Assembly (NCBI GenBank): GCA_022842645.1
Contig: JALHPE010000001.1
Location: 71,711-135,710, forward strand
Direction of reading: 5' to 3'
Length of the DNA: 64,000 bases
DNA from: Minisyncoccota bacterium
Lineage (GTDB): Bacteria; Patescibacteriota; Minisyncoccia; Phycocordibacterales; UBA2100
Shown here: piece after piece, positions 9,200 to 17,846 of the stretch
Layout of the letters: the number at the start of each line of letters is the position of its first letter
How positions within the stretch are numbered: position 1 is the stretch's first letter
Program-made: the position numbers and the translations under genes
The notes under the pieces: model-generated
Told to the model about the DNA's origin: nothing
The model's input: the letters and a program-made list of their open reading frames with translations, nothing else
Database searches by the model: none

Positions 9200-9861
9200 A
9201 CACTTACTTGTTCCTCCGCACTCACCTCTGGACGCATCCTGCGATACACGATGAGAAGAATGATGACCGACGCAAGAAGAAGAAGTGTGGTGACCACTGG
9301 CCAAAGAAGGAGTGGTGTTGTGTACGCCTCAAGCGCAGATTTCCCGAAAAATTCTGATTTGATGGTTGGGAGCGCACCAAAACGACTTATCACCTGCCCA
9401 AGTAAGAATCCGTCCTCGCCTTCAAAGACCAGTACATACGCCCCCTGATTGTCTGGGCTTGAAACCTGAATACGATATGAACCTGTGGTTACGGTGTTCT
9501 CTAACACCGGCCCTGCAAGGTAACTGTCGCGTCCGGAGGTATCGAAAAAACGCTGCCACTCGATCATGCCGCCATCCACACGCGCAAATGATTCTCCAGG
9601 ATTTTTATCTGAGATCATTTCTGCAACAATATCGGTGGAAACGTCCTCTGTATCTGGTGCAAGTACGACCGCCTTCACAGTGTAGCCGTCGCTGGGCACA
9701 TTAAAGGTAAATACGTGCGGCGAACCCGTGAGTTCACCGTAATACGCGCGATATACCTGTGGGTTGGAAACGCGCGTCTCGGCATTTTCAACAATAATAA
9801 GTTCCTGAGCACTGAGCGAAAGTGGCAGGACGAGCAAAAGTGCAAGAAAAATATGCTTCAT
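9196..9861 (-). CDS. Hypothetical secreted protein with a C-terminal transmembrane anchor
   Basis: ATG at 9859-9861. Signal peptide MKHIFLALLLVLPLSLSAQ and a C-terminal hydrophobic helix followed by YRRMRPE. ATGA overlap with the next gene. Confidence 0.55.
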   Translation of the reverse strand: MKHIFLALLLVLPLSLSAQELIIVENAETRVSNPQVYRAYYGELTGSPHVFTFNVPSDGYTVKAVVLAPDTEDVSTDIVAEMISDKNPGESFARVDGGMIEWQRFFDTSGRDSYLAGPVLENTVTTGSYRIQVSSPDNQGAYVLVFEGEDGFLLGQVISRFGALPTIKSEFFGKSALEAYTTPLLLWPVVTTLLLLASVIILLIVYRRMRPEVSAEEQVSV

Positions 9862-9932
9862 AAGAGCATGATACCAAGCTTCCCACAGGAGGGCTAGCGT
9901 GCTACTCTCGGAGGAAGGAAACCAGCCATACA

Positions 9933-10883
9933 ATGGCTCAAAATATACTTATTACCGGCGTCGGCGGGTTTATTGGCTCCAATCTTGCACAGATGCTCCT
10001 CGATGAGGGGCACGAGGTTTTTGGTGTTGATAATTTTTCGACAGGTACAGAAGAAAATGTTGCACATCTCTCTGCTCACTCACGCTTTGCTTTTCATGAA
10101 ATAGACATTGCGAGCGTCGGATTTCGCGACATCTTTCAAGGGGTGCGCTTTGATGAGATCTATCATCTTGCGTGTCCTACCGGCGTCCCTAACCTCGTCA
10201 CTCTTGCCGAGGAAATGCTGCACGCCTGTTCATTTGGTACGTACAACGTACTCGACCGCGCTCGCAACGACGGCGCAAAGGTGCTCTTTACTTCAACCGC
10301 AGAAATGTATGGTCAGCCAGAAAAATTTCCTCAAGACGAAACCTACAATGGAAACGTTGACCCACTTGGGAAGCGTAGCCCCTACGAAGAAGGCAAACGA
10401 TTTTCAGAAAGTATTCTTGCGACCTACGTGCGCAAATATGGCCTTAATGCACGCGTGGTACGCGTGTTTAACACCTATGGTCCGGGAATGTCGCTAAACG
10501 ATGAGCGTGTCATTCCTCACTTTTTGAAATGCATTCTTGAGGGACGCCCTTTGCGCATCTACGGCGACGGATCACAAACGCGCTCGCACCTTTTTGTGAG
10601 TGATTTGTTAGCAGGGCTTCGTATTGCCATGGAGAAAGGTACACCGGGTGAGGCATACAACTGCGGCGGCGGGAATCCGATTCCTATTCGTGAGCTGGGA
10701 GAACTTTTGCTCGAGCTCTCAAGCCATCCGCATGGCATTGAACACCATGAACACTTCATCGAAGATCATCGCGGACGCCTTCCGGGTGTTGAAAAAATTG
10801 AGACGCTCGGATGGAAGCAAACCATTTCACTTGAAGAAGGATTGCAAAAAATGATCGCGCACTACCTCCCTGCCCGCACCTGA
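9933..10883 (+). CDS. NAD-dependent nucleotide-sugar epimerase/dehydratase (UDP-glucuronate decarboxylase / UXS-like)
   Basis: N-terminal Rossmann motif ILITGVGGFIGSNLAQML, the YxxxK catalytic region and overall SDR-extended layout. Confidence 0.8.
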   Translation: MAQNILITGVGGFIGSNLAQMLLDEGHEVFGVDNFSTGTEENVAHLSAHSRFAFHEIDIASVGFRDIFQGVRFDEIYHLACPTGVPNLVTLAEEMLHACSFGTYNVLDRARNDGAKVLFTSTAEMYGQPEKFPQDETYNGNVDPLGKRSPYEEGKRFSESILATYVRKYGLNARVVRVFNTYGPGMSLNDERVIPHFLKCILEGRPLRIYGDGSQTRSHLFVSDLLAGLRIAMEKGTPGEAYNCGGGNPIPIRELGELLLELSSHPHGIEHHEHFIEDHRGRLPGVEKIETLGWKQTISLEEGLQKMIAHYLPART

Positions 10884-10884
10884 T

Positions 10885-12537
10885 ATGGTCGGCATCTTCC
10901 AACTGCTCGGCGTAAGTTTTCTCTTCTGGACAGTCGTCGGATGCATACGATTTATATTTGAGCGTATTGAAGCACTTCGAAAACTTTCGGGTGAGGGTTC
11001 GACAGTTGCACTCCTTCTTGCCGCACTTTGCGGTGTCGGAGTTTCGCTCGGCATCTTCGTAGTCATCCTTTCGCTCTTCAATATTACCCGTGTTACTGAG
11101 CCCGGCGTGGGACTTGCGGTCTTTGTGCTCTGGGTTGGGTGCGCAGGGCTCGGCGCGTATGCAAGTGGACGCATTGATGCACGCCTCCCCAAAATCGCGG
11201 GCTTACTCTCAGGGCTCATAAGTTTTGTAGTTTTGGTACTCTCTCTTGGCAGAGCGCTTGGCGTCCCCGCGCTCGCAACCGATACACCACTTTCATTTGC
11301 AATCGGGCTTGGCTTATCACTCTGTATAGGGTTTTTTGCAGCAGTAATCGCTCGACACGTGAATGCGCGCGAAGAGAAACAACTCCTTGCACTGCGCGCA
11401 CATGTTGATGCAGCACGCATCACGAAAGACGAGATCGCAGTTCTTATTGCCGCACACAATGAAGAGGTGTCCATCTCCGCAACTATCGAATCACTCCTGC
11501 AATCCGTGCGTCCAGATCAGATCTACATCGGAAGCGATGGCTCGAAAGACAAAACGGTGGAGATCGCACGCTCATACGGCGTGCATGCGGATGACATCCA
11601 GCCCAATCGCGGGAAAGCGAGCGCACTCACGTATGTCATCGAAGAAAACGAACTTCTTACGAAGTACAAGGGAGTATTCCTCATTGACGCCGACATTAAG
11701 GTCGATCCTCTCTTTATTGAACGTGCTGCAAAACATTTTGATGACCCAGAAGTTGCGGCGGTCTCGGGTTATTTCGTCGCCATTTGGCCAGCGCACATCA
11801 TTCCTCGCTTGGAACTCCTCGTGACCGCCTATCGTGTGCGCCTCTGGAGAATACTCCAATTCTTTGTGCGCTACGGACAAACATGGAAATATCTCAATGT
11901 CTCCCCCATTATCCCTGGTGGCGGCTCAATCTATCGCACGAGTGTTTTAAAACATATTCAAATCAACACTCCGGGATTGGTGATTGAAGATTTCAACATG
12001 ACGTTCGAAGTGCGACATAAAAATCTCGGAAGAGTGTCATTCGAGCCGCGCGCCTATCTTTACGACCAAGAACCGTATTCTGTCAAAGATTTTGTTCACC
12101 AGATAAAAAGATGGTACCTGGGTTATTTTCAAACAATGCGTCGACACGGGTTCTGGTTTAGTTGGTTTTGTTTTTTCACCTACCTTTTCACGTTTGAGAT
12201 GCTTGTGAGCGCTATTGTGTTCCTCCTCACACCATTGATGGTACTTGAGCTTATTCTGAGCGGACGAGATTCTATCGTCGTTGATTTCGTGGTCTGGGGC
12301 TACCCCATCACACTCCTCACCATCGTGCTTGCAATATTTGTCGTTGATTACATCGTGACGATTGGCGTTGCGATTGTCGAAAAGAAACCACTCATGCTCG
12401 TGTATGGTGTCCTCTTTTACCCCTTAAGATTCATCGAATCCGCCGTGTTTCTCTGGATGCTCCCGCAGGCGTTTCGCGCAAAAAGCACCGGCAGTTGGGT
12501 CTCGCCAAAGCGTGTGATGTTTGAGGATAAAAAATGA
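10885..12537 (+). CDS. Polytopic family-2 glycosyltransferase (processive synthase-like, with N- and C-terminal transmembrane bundles)
   Basis: About 5 N-terminal helices, then a GT2 core (AVLIAAHNEE, GSDGSKD, DAD-like FLIDADI, QxxRW-like KRWYLGY), then C-terminal helices. Confidence 0.75.
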   Translation: MVGIFQLLGVSFLFWTVVGCIRFIFERIEALRKLSGEGSTVALLLAALCGVGVSLGIFVVILSLFNITRVTEPGVGLAVFVLWVGCAGLGAYASGRIDARLPKIAGLLSGLISFVVLVLSLGRALGVPALATDTPLSFAIGLGLSLCIGFFAAVIARHVNAREEKQLLALRAHVDAARITKDEIAVLIAAHNEEVSISATIESLLQSVRPDQIYIGSDGSKDKTVEIARSYGVHADDIQPNRGKASALTYVIEENELLTKYKGVFLIDADIKVDPLFIERAAKHFDDPEVAAVSGYFVAIWPAHIIPRLELLVTAYRVRLWRILQFFVRYGQTWKYLNVSPIIPGGGSIYRTSVLKHIQINTPGLVIEDFNMTFEVRHKNLGRVSFEPRAYLYDQEPYSVKDFVHQIKRWYLGYFQTMRRHGFWFSWFCFFTYLFTFEMLVSAIVFLLTPLMVLELILSGRDSIVVDFVVWGYPITLLTIVLAIFVVDYIVTIGVAIVEKKPLMLVYGVLFYPLRFIESAVFLWMLPQAFRAKSTGSWVSPKRVMFEDKK

Positions 12538-13443
12538 GTGGACATTTTAATTACAAAGCGTAAAGTTTCTTTGAAGAATATGGAAAATACCATCGATATA
12601 GATACGATCTACCCGAGAAACCTTCTTTATTGGGATCGCATGAGCTCGGCCGAAATTTCGGACTATCTTGTGCGCGTCCCTGCGGAGAAACGCCTCATCC
12701 TCATCGTCTGGGGTGTTATCGAGTCGCACGGACCCGCCTTGGGTCTTGGAAGCGACAGCATGCTCGCCGGGCTTGCTGCGGACGAAGCGGCGAGGCGCCT
12801 CTACGAAGAGAAAGGGCTTGAGCCAATCATTTTCGACGCGTGGAAAAATGTCGGGAGTCTCTCGGCAACGAGAAACTTTCCCGGCGCAATTGGATTCCAT
12901 TCCTCAGTACCTGTAATTCGAGAGATCTGGGAACAGACGCTTTCGCGCATGTTTAAGGAAGGGTTCTCAAAGTTCTTTTTGGTGAATGGCGACGGCGGCA
13001 ACTGGATGAATCACTGGTACGGCCTCAAGTGGGACTCTCCGGTGATTGATGCACTCTTGAAACAAGGCATGCAGCTTGAAGGTGGCAACTGGGATCAAGA
13101 AGGGGGTGCGCCGTACTTGCATGGCGGACACCACGAACACGCGCTCACAACGTGGGCGTGCTATCACGCTCCCGAGCACATCCGACTCTCGGCAATTCGC
13201 AATCGATTGCGAGCGCCAGATACGGAAATACTCAAGAAGATTGACGGGGCGAACTATGCCTACCTCGAAGATGTATCCCACCGCGAACACGACTGGAGCA
13301 CCTATCCCGATCAGGATCGCCTCCGCTCGGTGACCGAATTTTCGCTCGCTGAGTATCAGAAACTTCTTGATTCGGGCGACATTGGGAAAGACTTCGACGC
13401 AAAAATCGCGTGTCTCATGAAAAAAATCGAGGCGATGTTTTAA
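12538..13443 (+). CDS. Creatininase-family amidohydrolase-like protein
   Basis: VWGVIESHGPALGLGSD resembles the creatininase-family metal-binding motif GSxEQHGPHLPLxTD. The start is uncertain; an alternative Met lies at 12583. Confidence 0.55.
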   Translation: MDILITKRKVSLKNMENTIDIDTIYPRNLLYWDRMSSAEISDYLVRVPAEKRLILIVWGVIESHGPALGLGSDSMLAGLAADEAARRLYEEKGLEPIIFDAWKNVGSLSATRNFPGAIGFHSSVPVIREIWEQTLSRMFKEGFSKFFLVNGDGGNWMNHWYGLKWDSPVIDALLKQGMQLEGGNWDQEGGAPYLHGGHHEHALTTWACYHAPEHIRLSAIRNRLRAPDTEILKKIDGANYAYLEDVSHREHDWSTYPDQDRLRSVTEFSLAEYQKLLDSGDIGKDFDAKIACLMKKIEAMF

Positions 13444-13749
13444 GTACAAAACTGAACGAAGCCTTCTCAGGCTCCGTTTTTTATTGTTTCCTACTCTAGC
13501 CCAAGGAATGCACGCCTCGTAATGCGATCCTGTTCTCTAAGCCTCTTTTCCTTCGAGCGCTGCTTTGGGGTCCAGAGTCCGGCTAAAAGACCAAGAAAGA
13601 ACATGCTGATTGATTTCATTGACTTCCCTTTCTTCTAGAATGATTAGAACATAGTACTTGCTCCCGCACCGAGAAGCAAGGCTCATTTGCCTTGAGGGGC
13701 TGGTTGTGATTAAGTACCCTCCGGCTACAACAACAGAAAGAACTGAAAA

Positions 13750-14043
13750 ATGACACAGGCTGAATTTGTTGCAAACTACTGGCCATGGATCATCGGGACG
13801 CTTGGCGTCCTCAATCCCTGCTTCATGTTGCCCCAGCTCTACAAAATCTGGAGCAGCCGAAAAGCAGACGACGTGTCTCTAGCCATGCTTGGACTCCTCA
13901 TGTTGATTCAGTACGCGTTCTCATTGCACGGCTACTTCATCGGCGACAACCTGCTCCTCATGAGCAATCTCGCCGCTGGAACAGTGACCGTGATCACGGC
14001 GCTTTCTGTTTTGCATTTTGCTAAACGGACAGCAAGTACATGA
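13750..14043 (+). CDS. PQ-loop / SemiSWEET-like small transporter (3 transmembrane helices)
   Basis: 97 aa with three predicted helices and a PQ motif in helix 1 (FMLPQLYKIWSS). A terminator hairpin plus T-run lies immediately downstream. Confidence 0.6.
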   Translation: MTQAEFVANYWPWIIGTLGVLNPCFMLPQLYKIWSSRKADDVSLAMLGLLMLIQYAFSLHGYFIGDNLLLMSNLAAGTVTVITALSVLHFAKRTAST

Positions 14044-14048
14044 CCTTA

Positions 14049-14079
14049 CGGAGCCCCTCTCGGGCTCCGTTTGTTTTTT
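14049..14079 (+). terminator. Rho-independent terminator (8-bp GC stem cggagccc/gggctccg, loop ctctc, then TTTGTTTTTT)
   Basis: Read directly from the sequence, downstream of the SemiSWEET-like gene. Confidence 0.6.
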
Positions 14080-14153
14080 CCTGGGTGCATGATAGGTTGT
14101 TTGCAGTCCCCATAGGGGGCTTTTTTGTTGCAACAAAAAAGAAAGGACGTGTG

Positions 14154-14963
14154 ATGCAAAAACTACGCATCCTTGCAATTACTGGTCACGATGATGATCT
14201 CACTCTTCATTGCGGCGGGTTAATTATCGAGCTACTTGAGCGGGGCCACGAGATTACGCCGATCATCATGACACTCGGTCAACGTGGCCAGCGCTTTCCG
14301 CAGTTCGGAAATGGACTTGCATGGGAAGTACGAAAAGCAGAAACTCGCGCCGCGTACGCCACGATGGGCATGACGCCGAACTTCGTGCACACGAGGTATG
14401 AACAAGAATGTGACATCGACGCACGTAGCCGCGATGAGATGAAGCGACTCGTTGCAGATCTTGAACCGCACATGTTCCTCGCTCATTGGCCAGTCGACGT
14501 GAATCCAGATCATCGAGCAGGCGCAGTGCTTGCGATGGAACCTGCGTTCCAGCGCAATGTAAACACGGAGCTCATCTTCTTCAAGCCACACTCGGCTGGA
14601 CGGGAAACCGCGATGACGAGACCTCAGGTGACATGCTTCATCCCGACACACTATCTTCCACTACGAGAAGAGGTTATCGAGATAAAGCGCCGATCGGTTA
14701 TTCATCACGTGTCGCAAGACCCGGAGGCAATGCTGATTGGTCAGCAAAAAGTCCAAGAAGAAGACGCAGAAGAATTACGCGCACACTTTCCGAACTTCTT
14801 GCCGGGCGTTACGGAAGTCGAGGCGTACATTAGAGGAAATCGTGCCGGGGCACTGCTCCCAGAACTTGCCGATATTCTTTATCCGACGCCATATCTGTTA
14901 CCGAGAAGCGTTGTGCGACACGACCCCAAAGTCTATGGTGTCGATGCGCCTTCAACGCTGTGA
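14154..14963 (+). CDS. PIG-L/LmbE-family N-acetylglucosaminyl deacetylase
   Basis: ILAITGHDDDLTLHCGG corresponds to the PIG-L HPDDE zinc-binding motif region. ATG at 14154 is preferred over the track's upstream start. Confidence 0.7.
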   Translation: MQKLRILAITGHDDDLTLHCGGLIIELLERGHEITPIIMTLGQRGQRFPQFGNGLAWEVRKAETRAAYATMGMTPNFVHTRYEQECDIDARSRDEMKRLVADLEPHMFLAHWPVDVNPDHRAGAVLAMEPAFQRNVNTELIFFKPHSAGRETAMTRPQVTCFIPTHYLPLREEVIEIKRRSVIHHVSQDPEAMLIGQQKVQEEDAEELRAHFPNFLPGVTEVEAYIRGNRAGALLPELADILYPTPYLLPRSVVRHDPKVYGVDAPSTL

Positions 14964-15018
14964 CCGCACACAAGAATACGAGCGACGGGTTTCTTCGGAA
15001 ACCCGTCGCTTTCTTTTT

Positions 15019-16173
15019 CTACTCTCCGAGCACCTCGTAAATGCGCTCGTCTTCTCTGCCCTGGCGCCAGAACATGACACCCGCGACGCCAAATTCTTCG
15101 GCGAGAGAGAGGCGGGGCGTAAAGCTTTCTACGTTTTCAAACCAGACTTCCCGATTGACATCGTCTTTTCTATAGAAGAAATAGGGCGTTTGCGCCACTT
15201 CGTCAAAGAGCACATCGGCATCGTAGGTGTTCGCAATCTTTACAATATCCTCATACTCACGCCCTGTCGCCCGACCCCAACCATCACCTTCTTTGGGCCA
15301 ATCGTAGCCATAAAGCGGAATGCCCATAAAGATTTTTTGCATGTCGACGCCGAGAGAGCGAGCGTGCTCCAACACTTTGCGCACCCATGGGAGTGATGCA
15401 GGAGGCCCCGGCTCGCCGGTTTCCCAATGTTCGTCGTAGGTCATAAAGGAGAGAATATCGACATGCTTCTGGAGTGCTGGAATGTCTTGACCGCGTGTCT
15501 CTCCCCCTTCTGTTTGTGCATGGATAGCAACGGCAAGAAGCTTTCCTTCCGCACGAAGTGCTGTGCCTAATTCCTCGATGAAGAGTGTAAAGTCGTCCTT
15601 CTGGCGGTCGCGCAGAAATTCGTAGTCGATATTCACGCCGTCGAAATTTCCCTTTTCTATGAGCATGAGAATGTCGTTAATGTGTGCAGTACGACTCACC
15701 TCACTTTGGATGACGCGTTCCACAAGGTCAGGATCCCAATCATCATCTTCAGGAAGGTTCGCAATGAGTGCGAGCACTTTCACATCATTCTCATGTGCGA
15801 ACGTAATCAATGATGCATCTTCTTTTGCGTAATCATATTTCACGATGTTTCCTTGTGCATCGAGACGATACCAAAACACGGAAATGAAATCGAAAAGTTC
15901 GACGTGCTTTTTAAACATCGCAACCGCGCGCGGCTGATCCCAATACGGAATGGAGCCAAATATCTTTAATTCGGTAGCACGGATTACCTCATTCTTCGAG
16001 GACGGTTGAGCTATAATTGTACTCGCTGAAAGCTCAGGTGTAGACGTCGCTATGGTACGGCCTCCATGCGACGTGGGGGTTGGAGCCGGATCAGGGCGCA
16101 TGGCGAAAACAAACCATCCGGCATATATAAGCGCGATACCCGTTATCGCTAGGAGATAGTAGTCGCCACGCAT
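15019..16173 (-). CDS. GH18-family glycoside hydrolase (chitinase-like) with N-terminal membrane anchor
   Basis: The catalytic motif FDGVNIDYEF (DxxDxDxE) of family 18, plus an N-terminal hydrophobic helix. Confidence 0.7.
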   Translation of the reverse strand: MRGDYYLLAITGIALIYAGWFVFAMRPDPAPTPTSHGGRTIATSTPELSASTIIAQPSSKNEVIRATELKIFGSIPYWDQPRAVAMFKKHVELFDFISVFWYRLDAQGNIVKYDYAKEDASLITFAHENDVKVLALIANLPEDDDWDPDLVERVIQSEVSRTAHINDILMLIEKGNFDGVNIDYEFLRDRQKDDFTLFIEELGTALRAEGKLLAVAIHAQTEGGETRGQDIPALQKHVDILSFMTYDEHWETGEPGPPASLPWVRKVLEHARSLGVDMQKIFMGIPLYGYDWPKEGDGWGRATGREYEDIVKIANTYDADVLFDEVAQTPYFFYRKDDVNREVWFENVESFTPRLSLAEEFGVAGVMFWRQGREDERIYEVLGE

Positions 16174-16176
16174 ACT

Positions 16177-16989
16177 CTAATCGGTACTTGCGAGAATAGC
16201 ACGAGCCTCCGCCGGCGTAACGTTCATCAGAAGATCGATGATAGAAAGGTTACCGACAAATTCCCCCCCGAGTTGCGAATACGGGGAGAGCTTCCAGTTT
16301 TGCTCTTTGAGTGCAATGCCTGCCTGTTCAAACTTTGAGAAATCCATGTAGGCACCCGCTCCTGTGCCACCAAAATAGTATTCCTCCGCCTCGTACTTTT
16401 TACAGAGATCGACGAGCCAATCGTTTGCGTCGCGCCCAGATGCTTTGTCGGATGTTGTAACTCCGGATTCAGACGAGAGCACGATCTCACGGAGGCGAAA
16501 ATCTGCATGAGGCAGTGCGTCGTGTAGGTTTTTGAGATCAATGGTTGGAAGCTCGAAAAGCTGAGAGAGCGCCCACCCTATACTTGCGAGATCTATGTGT
16601 GCCACAGTCTCATACTCAGTTTCCCAAAAAGATTCAAGCGAAGGAAAAACGCGCGAAAACTGTGGCGCGTTCCGGTAGTGTTCGCGAATGATGCGTAGAT
16701 GCTTCGTGCGTTCTCTTTTATCAGCAAACCCGAGGTATGTTTCGTGTATAGCTTCATTTGCTTTGTGTTTTGTTGGAACATCGAGCATGAGAAGTCCTTT
16801 CACGCTTTTTATTGGCATGTGCGCCTGATATGAAGGGCCGATCGGATTCGAGCCGTCGGGCTTGTGGTAGGCGTGCTTGCGTACAAATTGCACATTGTCG
16901 GCAACGCTGAAGATGTCGGCATTCAAAATGCGCGCGAAATAATGGAGGCGCGGAAAATACTGCGGCTGGTATGAGACAAGGCGCTTCAT
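16177..16989 (-). CDS. WbqC-like family protein (polysaccharide biosynthesis associated)
   Basis: The N-terminal SYQPQYFPRLHYF resembles the WbqC-like signature. The start was moved to ATG 16987-16989. Confidence 0.6.
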   Translation of the reverse strand: MKRLVSYQPQYFPRLHYFARILNADIFSVADNVQFVRKHAYHKPDGSNPIGPSYQAHMPIKSVKGLLMLDVPTKHKANEAIHETYLGFADKRERTKHLRIIREHYRNAPQFSRVFPSLESFWETEYETVAHIDLASIGWALSQLFELPTIDLKNLHDALPHADFRLREIVLSSESGVTTSDKASGRDANDWLVDLCKKYEAEEYYFGGTGAGAYMDFSKFEQAGIALKEQNWKLSPYSQLGGEFVGNLSIIDLLMNVTPAEARAILASTD

Positions 16990-16990
16990 G

Positions 16991-17704
16991 CTAAATAAAC
17001 ATACGACGCAGGAGAAACGCTTCTGCCGCATCGCACCCCGCATGAATACCCCGCATGTGCGCAAGCGTGCGCGCTCCCTCAACAGAAATCGGACCGTTCT
17101 TCACTTTCATTTGGCTTTTGTAGATCGAAAGTGCTTTTAATTTAAGCGCGAGCGTTTTGTGATCCATGGATACAAAAATATTCGGCGTTGGCTTATCTGC
17201 CTCACTTGTCCATGTAAAATAAGGAAATTCATATTCCAAAACCGTCGGCACAAAATGTTTATAGTGCCCCGGCACCGGGCGCGTTGCAGTGATTGCTGCA
17301 CGATTTGCAGCACGGTGATCTTGGTTGTAATCGTGCGCAGAAGGAATTGCGAGGGTGGTCGGCTTTATCGCCTCAAGCGAAATGCCTTCACCTCGCTCAA
17401 TTTCATTAATGAGCACTTTTTGAGGCACAGCATCAAGTTGCAAGTGGTAATCATTTCCTGGAAACGCGACTTTGTAGCCATCGAAGCGCATAAGCTTTGC
17501 AACACGCGCTATTTCTTTCATCCGCTCCTCGATTGTGGATTGCCCTTTCTTTGAAAAGTCCTTAGTGGTGCCGACGGTAAGATAGAGCACAAACACCTTG
17601 CCGCCTGCTTCTTTAACACGACGAATAAGACCCCCACAGCCAAAAATTTCATCGTCGGGATGGGGTGCAACAACCAAGAGTGTACGATCTTTGGGGAACG
17701 ACAT
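16991..17704 (-). CDS. PIG-L/LmbE-family deacetylase
   Basis: LLVVAPHPDDEIFGCGG is the canonical PIG-L motif. Confidence 0.8.
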   Translation of the reverse strand: MSFPKDRTLLVVAPHPDDEIFGCGGLIRRVKEAGGKVFVLYLTVGTTKDFSKKGQSTIEERMKEIARVAKLMRFDGYKVAFPGNDYHLQLDAVPQKVLINEIERGEGISLEAIKPTTLAIPSAHDYNQDHRAANRAAITATRPVPGHYKHFVPTVLEYEFPYFTWTSEADKPTPNIFVSMDHKTLALKLKALSIYKSQMKVKNGPISVEGARTLAHMRGIHAGCDAAEAFLLRRMFI

Positions 17705-17846
17705 ACCGGAGGGCGCTCAAAGCGCGCCAGCCTGTGTTCCCCTCACAGTGGTGGCAGTATAGCCATCTATCCACAACTCGACAAGGATTGGAATATGTGG
17801 GAAATGGTGGTACTGTGCCCCTTAAGGGGAAACCGGCGAAATCGCC

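Noticed and set aside
13462-13490. Candidate terminator after the creatininase-like gene (agcct-tctc-aggct followed by TTTTTT)
   Set aside because: Only a 5-bp stem. Plausible, but too weak to list as a feature.
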